Source of the DNA: Acidimicrobiaceae bacterium
GTDB taxonomy: Bacteria > Actinomycetota > Acidimicrobiia > Acidimicrobiales > RAAP-2
Assembly (NCBI GenBank): GCA_003158855.1
Contig: PMLJ01000012.1
Span: forward strand, 1,516 to 65,515
DNA: 64,000 nucleotides
Direction: 5' to 3'
Shown here: positions 48,718-57,691 of the stretch, piece by piece
Layout of the letters: every line of letters begins with the position of its first letter
Numbering within the stretch: position 1 is the first letter of the stretch
The notes under the pieces: model-generated
The model's input: only the letters and a program-made list of their open reading frames with translations
Database searches by the model: none
What the model was told of the DNA's origin: nothing
Position numbers and translations under genes: made by a program

Positions 48718-49529
48718 CGAGACGAGGCCAATCGCGCGAACTCCTCCAGGGTCAACTCTTCTGGCCGGCGCGTCTCGGCGACGTCGGCGCGTTCGAACAC
48801 TCCCTCGGTGACCCAGCCCGCGAGCGAGCGCCGGAGCATCTTTCGACGCTGGGCGAACGAGGTTCGTATCACTTCGAAGAGCGCGGACTCGCTCACCAGC
48901 TCCGGGTCGACGCGCAGCGTCTCCCTTCGAATGATCGACACCAGCGCCGAGTCCACGTTGGGCTTGGGGACAAAGACGTTGGGACCCACTTTTCCCACCA
49001 CGCGCGCGTCGGCGAAGTACTGGACCCTGAGCGACGCCGCGCCGTAGGCCTCGTCGCCGGCCTGGGCGGCGAAGCGATCGCCCACCTCCTTTTGCACCAT
49101 CACGAGCATCCGCGTGATTAGGGGCTCTGCTTCGAGCAGGTGCAGAACAAGCGGCGTCGCCACGTTGTACGGCAGGTTCGCCACGACGATCGCCTCGCGG
49201 CCTCCGAGAATCTCGTCGTAGTTCGCGTTCAGGGCGTTGGCGTGGTGAACGGGCACCCCGTAGGGGGCGACCACCGACGTAAGCGGCCCGAGCAGGTACT
49301 TGTCGATCTCCATGGCGCGCACCTCAGCCCCGGTCTCCACCAGCGCCAGGGTGAGCGAGCCGAGTCCCGCGCCGATTTCGAGCACCAGGTCGCCCGGTCC
49401 GACGTCGGCGAGGCGCGCAATTCGTCGAACGGTGTTGGGATCGACGACGAAGTTCTGACCGAGGGCTCGCGATGGTTTGAGTCCGTGCTCCTGCATGAGA
49501 GCGACGAGTTCGGTGCGGGTATGGGTCAC
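48714..49529 (-). CDS. rsmA: 16S rRNA m6,2A dimethyltransferase
   Basis: LGQNF, EIGAGLG, ANLPYNV, MVQKEV, FAQRRKML motifs. Confidence 0.97.
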   Translation of the reverse strand: MTHTRTELVALMQEHGLKPSRALGQNFVVDPNTVRRIARLADVGPGDLVLEIGAGLGSLTLALVETGAEVRAMEIDKYLLGPLTSVVAPYGVPVHHANALNANYDEILGGREAIVVANLPYNVATPLVLHLLEAEPLITRMLVMVQKEVGDRFAAQAGDEAYGAASLRVQYFADARVVGKVGPNVFVPKPNVDSALVSIIRRETLRVDPELVSESALFEVIRTSFAQRRKMLRRSLAGWVTEGVFERADVAETRRPEELTLEEFARLASSR

Positions 49530-50713
49530 CAAGAGACCTTGACGCGAATGACGCCCTTGGCGAGCGGCGCCAGCCGGGCGAACTCAGTATCGGAGAGGTC
49601 GACGACGCGATCTCCGCGGGCAGCCTCCTTGTCGGTCACCGTGCAGACGACGGCCCGTCCGGTCGCCAGATCACGAACCGTGATTCGCGTGCCGTAGGGA
49701 AGGAACCACGTGGCGCAGTGGCCCGGGATGTACGAATACCAGGTTGCCGCGCCGATGCGGTAGTCGTTGATCTTCGAGGGCTTGCGAGTCGTCGTCGTCA
49801 CCGGCACCGTCGTCGTGGTCGTGGAGCTGGTAGAGGTCGTCGTCTCACCCGGGTACGTCGTCGTGGTTGTCGCCGGCACCGTCGTCGTGGTTGTCGCCGG
49901 CACCGTCGTCGTGGTTGTGGGTCTGGTGGAGGACAAGGACTTGGGCGGCGACCTCTTCACGCTCACCGTCACGACGGCGTGCCACGCAACGAGCGTGCCC
50001 GCCGCGGGTGACTGGCGCGCCGCGCTGGTCCAGGAGTTGTTGGACGCCCCCGCGCCCACGGCTCGAAGCACCAGCTGGCTCGAATGCATGACCGCGATGG
50101 CCCGGGCCCTGCTCATACCCACCACGTTCGGCACCCGGCGCTTGGGGTGAGGAGCGCTCATGGTCGTCGTGATGGTCACGGTCGCGTGCCAGGCGACCAC
50201 GGTACCCGGAGCCGGCGACTGGCGCGCTACCGCCACCCACTTCGCGTCGGCGCTGCCGGGCCCTCGGGTCTTGAAGAAGAGCTGCGCGGACTTCATGGCG
50301 GCGTAGACCCTGGTCCTCGTGAGCCCGATCACGCGCGGCACGCGCCGTGAGGCGTGCACCGCGCTCATCGAGGTCGTGAGGGTCACCGTCGAACGCCACG
50401 GGACGAGGGTGCCCGCCCCCGGGAGCTCGTGGGTCACCGACACCCACTTCGCGTCGGCGCTGCCGGGCCCTCGGGTCTTGAAGAACAGCTGCGCGGCCTT
50501 CATGGCGGCGTAAACCTGGGCCCTCGTGAGGCCGACGACGTTGGGCATGTGCACCGGGGCGTGATTCGAGGAGGCGCCCGCGTCAGGCGTAGTGAATACC
50601 AGTGAACTCATCAACAGGATGACCACGGTAAAAAGTGACAACGGTCGACAAAGCGCCCGCCGAGTCAGTGTCCTCAGTTCTCCACCCTCCGTCTGGACAA
50701 CGAGTTGTTCCAA
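49526..50713 (-). CDS. Secreted protein with three PASTA-like repeats, Thr-rich linker and RlpA-like DPBB domain
   Basis: MPNVVGL / VPRVIGL / VPNVVGM ... QSPA.GT.V repeats; C-terminal GAATWY...LPYGT.ITV...GR.V.C.VTD...R.VDLS. Start codon uncertain. Confidence 0.78.
   Translation of the reverse strand: MEQLVVQTEGGELRTLTRRALCRPLSLFTVVILLMSSLVFTTPDAGASSNHAPVHMPNVVGLTRAQVYAAMKAAQLFFKTRGPGSADAKWVSVTHELPGAGTLVPWRSTVTLTTSMSAVHASRRVPRVIGLTRTRVYAAMKSAQLFFKTRGPGSADAKWVAVARQSPAPGTVVAWHATVTITTTMSAPHPKRRVPNVVGMSRARAIAVMHSSQLVLRAVGAGASNNSWTSAARQSPAAGTLVAWHAVVTVSVKRSPPKSLSSTRPTTTTTVPATTTTTVPATTTTTYPGETTTSTSSTTTTTVPVTTTTRKPSKINDYRIGAATWYSYIPGHCATWFLPYGTRITVRDLATGRAVVCTVTDKEAARGDRVVDLSDTEFARLAPLAKGVIRVKVSW
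49856..49918. repeat. 24-bp tandem repeat, about 2.6 copies (encodes TTTTTVPA on the minus strand)
   Basis: cgtcgtcgtggttgtcgccggcac at 49856 and 49880, partial copy at 49904. Confidence 0.9.
50234..50530. repeat. About 90-bp direct repeat at 207-bp spacing (PASTA domain duplication)
   Basis: 45 identical bp at 50234-50278 and 50441-50485, with near-identity continuing to 50323 and 50530. Confidence 0.9.
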
Positions 50714-50802
50714 ACTTCCCGCCCCACAACGCTAGGCAAGGGAGGCCCCAAAGGCAATTCGGAGAAAGTAATTACTTAATTAACCTCATCAAAGGCTATT
50801 TA

Positions 50803-51594
50803 CTAGTGCGGCAAGTGGAAAAGGCGCGCCGTATTCCTGGCCGTGGCCTCGCGTACGGCCGCGACCTCCTCGCCACGCAACTGAGCCACGAATTCGCCCA
50901 CGATGCTCACGAACGCTGGTTCATTGACCCGTCCGCGGTGCGGCACGGGAGCGAGGAACGGGCTGTCGGTCTCCACGTGGAGTCGATCGAGCGGCACGAG
51001 CCTCGCGGCTTCGCGAAGTGTCTCAGCGTTCTTGAAGGTGACGACGCCGGATAGCGAGATGTCGCATCCGAGGGCGAGGCAGGTCATCACGTCGTCCGGA
51101 GTGCCGGTGAAGCAGTGGATCACCGTACGCGCAGGAACGCCCTCGCTCCCTAGAACGTCAAAAAGGTCGTCGAAAGCGTCACGGGCGTGGATGACGAGCG
51201 CCAAATCCAACTCGTGGGCCAGCCCAATCTGGGTGGCGAATGCCTGGCGCTGGACCGAGCGCGGCGAGTGCTCGTAGTAGTAGTCCAGCCCGCATTCGCC
51301 AATGCCCACCAGTCGCCGGTGACCGGTCCGCGCGAGCGAGAGCGTCGGCTCGATGTCGTCCAGCGCGTCGTGCGGGTGCAGGCCCACCGTGGCGTAGATC
51401 TCGACGGGACCTTCCAACTCGGTGATCGCGAGGGCCTCTGCCGACGTCTGGGCGTCGGTGCCGATCACGACCACCCGGTCGACCCCGGCCTCGAAGGCGC
51501 GTTGCAGCGCCTCGCGGGCGTTGATCGCCACCTGCTCGTCGTTCGACAAGAAACGGTCCTGCAGGTGGCAGTGGGCGTCGGTCCAGTTGCTCAC
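50803..51594 (-). CDS. tatD: TatD-family hydrolase
   Basis: DAHCH, GLHPH, GECGLDY, IHARDA, IHCF, ETDSPFLAP motifs. Confidence 0.96.
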   Translation of the reverse strand: MSNWTDAHCHLQDRFLSNDEQVAINAREALQRAFEAGVDRVVVIGTDAQTSAEALAITELEGPVEIYATVGLHPHDALDDIEPTLSLARTGHRRLVGIGECGLDYYYEHSPRSVQRQAFATQIGLAHELDLALVIHARDAFDDLFDVLGSEGVPARTVIHCFTGTPDDVMTCLALGCDISLSGVVTFKNAETLREAARLVPLDRLHVETDSPFLAPVPHRGRVNEPAFVSIVGEFVAQLRGEEVAAVREATARNTARLFHLPH

Positions 51595-53123
51595 GCGTCG
51601 CTCTTCATGCGCGGAAAGAGAGGGTCGCCCTTCCCCACCCGATGGCCGCCCGCGTACTGGCCCCACGTGGCGCTCTGATCGAACGTCTTGTCGGCTGGCG
51701 TGCCGCTCAGTCCAATTCGCCGCCAGATCTCCTCGCAGACGCCGGGCATCGCCGGGGTCGCGAGGATCGCCACGAGCCTGATCGCCTCGAGCGCGTCGCC
51801 CATCACCGCGTCAACGGCGTCGCCGGACTCCATCTTCCACGGGGCGTGCTGTTCGAGGTAGGCGTTCGTGGCGCCGATGAGGCTCCACGTCGCCTCGAGC
51901 GCGCTCTGGGGCGCGAAGCGATTCCACGCCGCCGCCGTGTCGGCAATGGCCTTTTCGGCCTCGTGTCGAAGCGCCGAGTCCGTCTTCGCCGCCGGGCTGA
52001 TGCCCGCGCACTTGGAGCCGACGACCGTCGTCACCCGCGCGACGAGGTTGCCCAGGTTGTTCGCGAGGTCGGTGTTGTAGCGAGACGTGATGCCCTCGTG
52101 GGAGAACTCGCCGTCGTTGCCGAGCACGGTCTCTCGAAGCAGGTAGTAGCGGATCGGATCGACGCCGAACTCGTTGGTGAGCACGACCGGCGCGATGTCG
52201 GTCAGGCGCACCCCGCCCTCGGCGGCCATGGTCTTGGAGAGCTTCTGGCCGCCGACGAGCAGCCAGCCGTGCACTTGCACGTGGCTCGCGGGCTCGAGAC
52301 CCGCGGCCATGCACATTGCCGGCCACCAGACGCAGTGGAACCGGATGATCTCCTTGCCGATCAGATGATGCGACGCCGGCCACCACTCTTCGACCTCGTC
52401 GTCGTCGCGTCCGTAGCCAATGGCGGTCAGGTAGTTGATCAGCGCGTCGTACCAGACGTAGAAGACGTGCTTCTCGTCCCAGGGGACGGGGATGCCCCAG
52501 GAGATCGACGTGCGGGTGATCGAGATGTCGTGTAGTCCGCCCTTGATGAACGAATACGCCTCGTTGCGCTTGGTGTCGGGCGTGACGAACCCGGGGTGCT
52601 CCGCGTAGTACTCGAGCAGGCGGTCCTCGAAGGCGCTCAGCCTGAAGAACCAGTTCTCCTCTTCCATCTCGGTGAGCTCGCGACCGTGGATCGGGCACTT
52701 GCCGTCGATGCTTGACTCGATGGTGTAGTAGTCCTCGCAGCTCACACAGTAGAGGCCCTGGTAGACGTCCTTGTAGATGTAGCCGTTCTCGTAGATCCTG
52801 GTCAGAAACTTCTGCACGCTCTCGTAGTGGCGGGGTTCGGTGGTTCGGATGAAGTCGTCGTAACTGATGCCGAGTGCGTCCCACGCTTCGCGGAACCGGG
52901 CGGACGTCCTGTCCGTCCACTCCTTGGGCGTAAGCCCGTTCTTCTCGGCGGCGTCGGCCACCTTCTGGCCGTGCTCGTCGGTTCCGGTGAGGAACTTGGT
53001 CTCGTCGCCGATGAGTCGGTGCCAACGCGCCATGGCGTCGGCGTTGACGGTGCAGTAGGCGTGGCCTACGTGCGGGGCGTCATTGACGTAATAGATGGGA
53101 GTAGTGACATAGAAGCGACCCAT
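51591..53123 (-). CDS. metG: Methionyl-tRNA synthetase
   Basis: PIYYVN..PHVGH, GTDEHG, CVSC...CPIH knuckle, YVWYDAL, KLSKT (KMSKS variant). Confidence 0.98.
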   Translation of the reverse strand: MGRFYVTTPIYYVNDAPHVGHAYCTVNADAMARWHRLIGDETKFLTGTDEHGQKVADAAEKNGLTPKEWTDRTSARFREAWDALGISYDDFIRTTEPRHYESVQKFLTRIYENGYIYKDVYQGLYCVSCEDYYTIESSIDGKCPIHGRELTEMEEENWFFRLSAFEDRLLEYYAEHPGFVTPDTKRNEAYSFIKGGLHDISITRTSISWGIPVPWDEKHVFYVWYDALINYLTAIGYGRDDDEVEEWWPASHHLIGKEIIRFHCVWWPAMCMAAGLEPASHVQVHGWLLVGGQKLSKTMAAEGGVRLTDIAPVVLTNEFGVDPIRYYLLRETVLGNDGEFSHEGITSRYNTDLANNLGNLVARVTTVVGSKCAGISPAAKTDSALRHEAEKAIADTAAAWNRFAPQSALEATWSLIGATNAYLEQHAPWKMESGDAVDAVMGDALEAIRLVAILATPAMPGVCEEIWRRIGLSGTPADKTFDQSATWGQYAGGHRVGKGDPLFPRMKSDA

Positions 53124-53140
53124 GCATCAAGGGTACTGAC

Positions 53141-54010
53141 TTACGCGCCACCGCCCGCTCGCACCTCGAGCGCCAACTGGTACGCGCTGCGGTGCGAAGT
53201 GCCGAACTCGTCGGCCACCGACGCCACTGCGTCGCGGACGCTCGCCCCGCTCGCCAGCTGCTCGCGCAGCGCCGCGCGGATCGTCTCGTCGTCGGCCTGC
53301 GGCGCTTCGGGAGCGCCCTCGAGCACGACAACGATCTCGCCGAGCACGTCGCGTGTGGCGATGACGTCCGCGACTTCACGCAAGGTGCCCCGAAGCACCT
53401 CCTCGTGCATCTTCGTGATCTCGCGCGCCACCGCGACGCGCCGGTTCTCGAAGTGCCCCGCCAGTTCGCTCAACGTCGCGCCCAGGCGCTGGGGCGACTC
53501 GTAGAAGACAATGGTGCGGGCCTCTCGGGCCCACTGGGCGTAGAGGGCCTCTCTCTCCCCGCGCTTTCGCGGCACGAATCCGTCCATGACAAACCGCTCG
53601 GTCGGCAGTCCGCTGATGGTCAGCGCGGCGATGACCGCCGAGGGCCCGGGGGCGGTGCTGACAACGAGACCCGCCTGAGCGACCGCAGCGACGACGCGGC
53701 TGCCCGGATCACTGATGCCCGGCGTGCCGGCGTCGCTGATGAGCACGACCAACTGGCCGTCCTGGACCCGTCCCACGATCTGCGCGCACAAGGACGCCTC
53801 GTTGTGCTCGTGCAAGGCCTGGAGGCGACCGTGGACGGGGATGGCGTTGGCGCTGAACAACGTCCTCGAATGACGGGTGTCCTCGCAGTAGACGACGTCG
53901 GCCTTCGCGAGCAGTTCGAGGGCCCGACGCGAGATGTCACCCAGGTTCCCCAAGGGGGTCGCCACGAGCACCAACTGTCCAGCGACACGCTCATCACCCA
54001 GAACTTGCAC
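53141..54010 (-). CDS. rsmI: 16S rRNA C1402 2'-O-methyltransferase
   Basis: VATPLGNLGDIS.RA, CEDTR, SDAGTPGISDPG, YESPQR, REITK.HEE motifs. Confidence 0.96.
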   Translation of the reverse strand: MQVLGDERVAGQLVLVATPLGNLGDISRRALELLAKADVVYCEDTRHSRTLFSANAIPVHGRLQALHEHNEASLCAQIVGRVQDGQLVVLISDAGTPGISDPGSRVVAAVAQAGLVVSTAPGPSAVIAALTISGLPTERFVMDGFVPRKRGEREALYAQWAREARTIVFYESPQRLGATLSELAGHFENRRVAVAREITKMHEEVLRGTLREVADVIATRDVLGEIVVVLEGAPEAPQADDETIRAALREQLASGASVRDAVASVADEFGTSHRSAYQLALEVRAGGGA

Positions 54011-54063
54011 ACTCGCCCCCTCGTTTGGCCTTTTGACCCCTGCACCCACTAACATTGTCACCT

Positions 54064-54147
54064 ATGTCAAAGCGGACTGTGAAGCGCAAGCTACGCGCAA
54101 AGAAAAAGGCTAACCACGGCAAGAAGCCGAACTGCGGTCGCGGCTAG
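54064..54147 (+). CDS. 50S ribosomal protein bL37, 27 aa
   Basis: Manual translation MSKRTVKRKLRAKKKANHGKKPNCGRG contains the KANHGK[KR]PN signature of actinobacterial bL37. Confidence 0.88.
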   Translation: MSKRTVKRKLRAKKKANHGKKPNCGRG

Positions 54148-54158
54148 CGCCGTTCCCG

Positions 54159-55016
54159 TTACTGCGCACCGTCCCACGCACAACCCCGTTCCTCCAGGAG
54201 CTTGGCGAGTCGCGTTGGCGTGTCGCTGATGATGCCGTCAACACCCAAATCGAGCAGTCGGTTCATTTCGCCGACGTCGTTTATCGTCCACACGTGCACC
54301 GCGACGCCCGCCTGGTGGGCGGCGTCGACGAATCGCTCGTCCACCACCGTCACGTCACCGTACGTGGGGGGCACCTGGAAGGCGCACGCCGGCGGCACTT
54401 CCGGCTCAGAATCTTCGATGAGCGAGAAGAAGAACGCGGCCGTCTCGCCGGTGGCGGCAGAGGTCAGGATCTCTGGAGCGAGGGCGCGGAACCTCTGAAT
54501 CGCGTCATCGTGAAACGACGCCACGATCACCGATGAGGTGCGATCGAGCCGGCGTAATTCGTCGACGAGCAGTTGCTCGTAGGGCTCGACGTCGGGCGCG
54601 GTGCGCTTGATGTCCATGTTGAGCGCGACACCGGGAAACGCCTCGGACACCTCTTCGAGCGTCGCCACCCCGTAGCTTCGATCACCCGGAGCCTTCCCGC
54701 GATGAACGTACTCGCGTGGGTCCCTGCCGTGCGTGACCGCCTCGCCCTCGATCCACCAGTAGGCGTTGTCCATCTCTCGAAGCTGGCTCAGCGTGAGTGC
54801 GGCGATCTCGCCGTGATGGTTCGTCGTTCGGTCGACCGTGTCGTCGTGGCAGACGACGATGCGCCCGTCCTTCGTGGCGTGCACGTCCAATTCAACCGCG
54901 GTGGCGCCGCTCTCGATCGCGCGGGCGATCGCGGCCATCGTCGAGGATGGACCCTCGAACGACCCGCCCTGGTGTGCGAAGGCCACCACCCGTCGCGCGA
55001 GCCACGGGTTGGTCAC
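54159..55016 (-). CDS. Glycerophosphodiester phosphodiesterase
   Basis: AHQGG, ELDV, CHD, MDIK, VWTIN, GIISD motifs. Confidence 0.92.
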   Translation of the reverse strand: MTNPWLARRVVAFAHQGGSFEGPSSTMAAIARAIESGATAVELDVHATKDGRIVVCHDDTVDRTTNHHGEIAALTLSQLREMDNAYWWIEGEAVTHGRDPREYVHRGKAPGDRSYGVATLEEVSEAFPGVALNMDIKRTAPDVEPYEQLLVDELRRLDRTSSVIVASFHDDAIQRFRALAPEILTSAATGETAAFFFSLIEDSEPEVPPACAFQVPPTYGDVTVVDERFVDAAHQAGVAVHVWTINDVGEMNRLLDLGVDGIISDTPTRLAKLLEERGCAWDGAQ

Positions 55017-55339
55017 GCTATGCGAAACCCGTTCGGATACAACTTCACGCGCATGCGGTGCTCCATGTAGAACGCGAGGCCCGGCACGAAACCGGCGAGC
55101 AGCATCAGGGCGATGTAGCCCACGTGGAGTCGGGCCTTCAGCGCCAGTTGGAAGGACATCACGAGGTAGATCGGATAGAGCACCACGCCGTGGCCAATGC
55201 CCACGACGTCGACGAAGACCTTGATGTCCTGCCACAGCTTCAGGTCGAGCGAGTGCAGGAGGAGGGTACAGCAAAGGATCAACAACGTTGTTCCGGTGAC
55301 GAACGACATAATTCGATAACGCTGAAAGGCGCCGTCCAC
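55013..55339 (-). CDS. DUF3817 membrane protein
   Basis: YRIMSFVTG, HG..YPIYL, AGFVP..AF..E motifs. Confidence 0.85.
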   Translation of the reverse strand: MDGAFQRYRIMSFVTGTTLLILCCTLLLHSLDLKLWQDIKVFVDVVGIGHGVVLYPIYLVMSFQLALKARLHVGYIALMLLAGFVPGLAFYMEHRMRVKLYPNGFRIA

Positions 55340-55713
55340 TAGTGACCCCAGAGTTTCTTCTTGGGATGCGTCGAAAGCTCGGCCATGTGGTCGTTGTACG
55401 CCGAGAGCGTGGGGTCTTCGGCTTCCTCGCTCGCTCGGCGAGCGGCGAGCGCCTCGGCGCGCATCTTCTCTTCGTACTCACGCCGCGCAACCTCTTGGTG
55501 CTCGGTGACCTTCTCCATGTTGAGAAGCGCGTACCAGCCGAGCACGCCGAGCACGCCGATGACGGGCCACTCGATGGAATAGAGAAAACTCAGTGAGTTG
55601 CCTTGAACCGCGCGGCCCACCTGCCACCACGCCGCCGACGCGCACATTGCGATCCAAAGGACGAGCACGACGTGCAGGCCAATGGCCCGACGAGAAAGAT
55701 ACTTCGACTTCAC
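55339..55713 (-). CDS. Conserved actinobacterial membrane protein with a SURF1-like WQ motif
   Basis: AWWQVGRA..GN..S..Y..EWP motif, two TM helices, acidic tail; usual partner of DUF3817. Confidence 0.75.
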   Translation of the reverse strand: MKSKYLSRRAIGLHVVLVLWIAMCASAAWWQVGRAVQGNSLSFLYSIEWPVIGVLGVLGWYALLNMEKVTEHQEVARREYEEKMRAEALAARRASEEAEDPTLSAYNDHMAELSTHPKKKLWGH

Positions 55714-55769
55714 GCTGACATCCTACCGACGCCGGAACCGCCCCCGAATACCGGGCGTAGGATTGGGCG

Positions 55770-56612
55770 GTGCCCGCAATGAACATGACGCGACCGTTTT
55801 CTTGGCACCACCTCAACCAGTGGCACCTCGGCATAGTGGCGAATGTCCTGTTGATCGGGGCTGCAGTCGTCTACGGACTGGCTGCTCGCCGGGTGCCCGC
55901 GTGGCGGGTTTCGCGCAGCGTCTGGTTCTACCTGGGACTGGTCGTCACCTTCCTCGCGACCCAGTCGGTGCTTGGCGCATACGACATGGAGTACTTCAGC
56001 GACCACATGATCCAGCACCTGCTGCTGATCATGGTCGCGGCCCCGCTCTTCGCGCTCAGCGCCCCGCTCGACCTCGCCTACGAGGCCGGTGACGAACGTG
56101 TTCGCCACTTCCTCGACGGCCGGCTCATGCAGGTCGTGACCCACCCCCTCTTCGGGTTCGCCACGTACTTCGTCTTCATCCCGATCACCCACCTCACGGG
56201 TCTCTTCAACCTCATGATGGAGCACGAATGGGTGCACCACCTCGAGCAGATCGGCTTTCTCGTGACGGGCTACCTCTTCTTTCGCGTGGCCTTCGGCCTC
56301 GAACGCGGCTTCAAGATCCATCGCGGGCTTCGACTCGTCTACGTCATGGCGGCCGTGCCGGTCGACACCTTCACCGGGCTCGCGCTCGTCATGTCTTCGA
56401 ACAATCCCTTTCCGCGCTACACGACGATGTCGCCCGCGGGCTCGACCAAGTCGTCGATACTGGCGAACATCCACCTGGGTGGCGCCATCATGTGGATCGG
56501 CGGGGACGCGCTGATGCTGCTCGCGTGCATCCCCATCGCCGTCGCGTGGGTGAAGTGGGAGACGATTCGAACCAAGGAGCTCGACGCCGTGCTCGACGCT
56601 CAGGGACTGTAG
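55770..56612 (+). CDS. ctaG: Cytochrome c oxidase assembly factor (Caa3_CtaG family)
   Basis: HMIQHLLLIMVAAPL, HHLEQ, GGAIMW.GGD motifs; multiple TM helices. Confidence 0.88.
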   Translation: MPAMNMTRPFSWHHLNQWHLGIVANVLLIGAAVVYGLAARRVPAWRVSRSVWFYLGLVVTFLATQSVLGAYDMEYFSDHMIQHLLLIMVAAPLFALSAPLDLAYEAGDERVRHFLDGRLMQVVTHPLFGFATYFVFIPITHLTGLFNLMMEHEWVHHLEQIGFLVTGYLFFRVAFGLERGFKIHRGLRLVYVMAAVPVDTFTGLALVMSSNNPFPRYTTMSPAGSTKSSILANIHLGGAIMWIGGDALMLLACIPIAVAWVKWETIRTKELDAVLDAQGL

Positions 56613-56614
56613 GC

Positions 56615-57652
56615 CTAGAGAAGTCCCGCGTTGATCGCAAGCTCTTCGAGGTCGCTCTCGGGACGAGCTCCCAAGTGCGTGATGATCTCTCCCGCGCAGA
56701 GCGACCCCAGCTCAGCGGACTCGACAGGATCGGCGCCGAGCGCCAGGCCGTAGAGGAATCCCGAGGCGAACATGTCGCCAGCTCCGTTCTGGTCGAGCAC
56801 GTGCTCGACCTCGTGGGCGGGCACCGACACGACACCGGAGAACGTGGCGACATCCGCGCCCCTGGGACCGCGGGTGACGACCGCGAGGACCCCCAGCTCC
56901 TCGAGGGCGAGGAAGGCCCGCTCCAGCGAGTCGACCTGGAAGAGTGCCTTGATCTCGGACTCGTTCGAGAGCAGGACGTCGACGTCGCTCGTCACCAGGT
57001 CCAAGAAGTCGCGGCGGTGGCGCTCGACGCAGAACATGTCAGAAAGCGACAACGCGACCATCGAGTCGTGCTCGTGGGCGAAGTTCACGACCTTGCGGAT
57101 CGCCTCCTTCGCGGGGGGAAGGTCGAACAGGTAGCCCTCCACGTAGGTGATCTCGGAACGCGAGATCAGGTCTTCCTTGATGTCGTTCACGTGCAGCTGG
57201 TTCGAAGCACCCAGGTACGTCGCCATCGTGCGCTGGGCGTCGTCGGTGATGAAGACGTGGCAACGTCCCGTCGCTCCCTCGTGACTCTGGGCGATGGCAA
57301 GGTCGAGGTCGACGCCCATCGAACGAAGGTCGTGCGTGAAGCGCTCGCCGAATTCGTCGTCAGCCACCTTGCCGATATAGCCGCACGTGCCACCGAGCGC
57401 CGCAACGCCCGCGATGGAGTTGGCGACCGACCCTCCGGACATCTGAATCGTCGGGCCCATGGCGTTGTAGAACGTCTGGAGCTGGTCCACTTCGAGCAGA
57501 GTCATCGCCGCTTTCACGAGTCCGAGTTGTCGATACACCTCGTTCGAATCCTGAGTGATGATGTCGAGCATGGCGTTGCCGATGCCGGTGACGGCGAGGC
57601 GGTTGGGGCCGGGCTTGACGCGAAGTGAAACGGGCGTTGGCGGAATTGTCAC
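56615..57652 (-). CDS. PfkB-family kinase (adenosine kinase-like)
   Basis: GNAMLD, SGGSVANS, RTMATYLGA, EGYLFD, DQNGAGD motifs. Confidence 0.88.
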   Translation of the reverse strand: MTIPPTPVSLRVKPGPNRLAVTGIGNAMLDIITQDSNEVYRQLGLVKAAMTLLEVDQLQTFYNAMGPTIQMSGGSVANSIAGVAALGGTCGYIGKVADDEFGERFTHDLRSMGVDLDLAIAQSHEGATGRCHVFITDDAQRTMATYLGASNQLHVNDIKEDLISRSEITYVEGYLFDLPPAKEAIRKVVNFAHEHDSMVALSLSDMFCVERHRRDFLDLVTSDVDVLLSNESEIKALFQVDSLERAFLALEELGVLAVVTRGPRGADVATFSGVVSVPAHEVEHVLDQNGAGDMFASGFLYGLALGADPVESAELGSLCAGEIITHLGARPESDLEELAINAGLL

Positions 57653-57691
57653 TTAGCGAGCGTAGAACTTTTCGCTCTAAGGTTGCGAGTT

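Noticed and set aside
49800-50530. CRISPR array
   Set aside because: The repeats are in-frame coding duplications with no unique spacers, and no cas genes are present.
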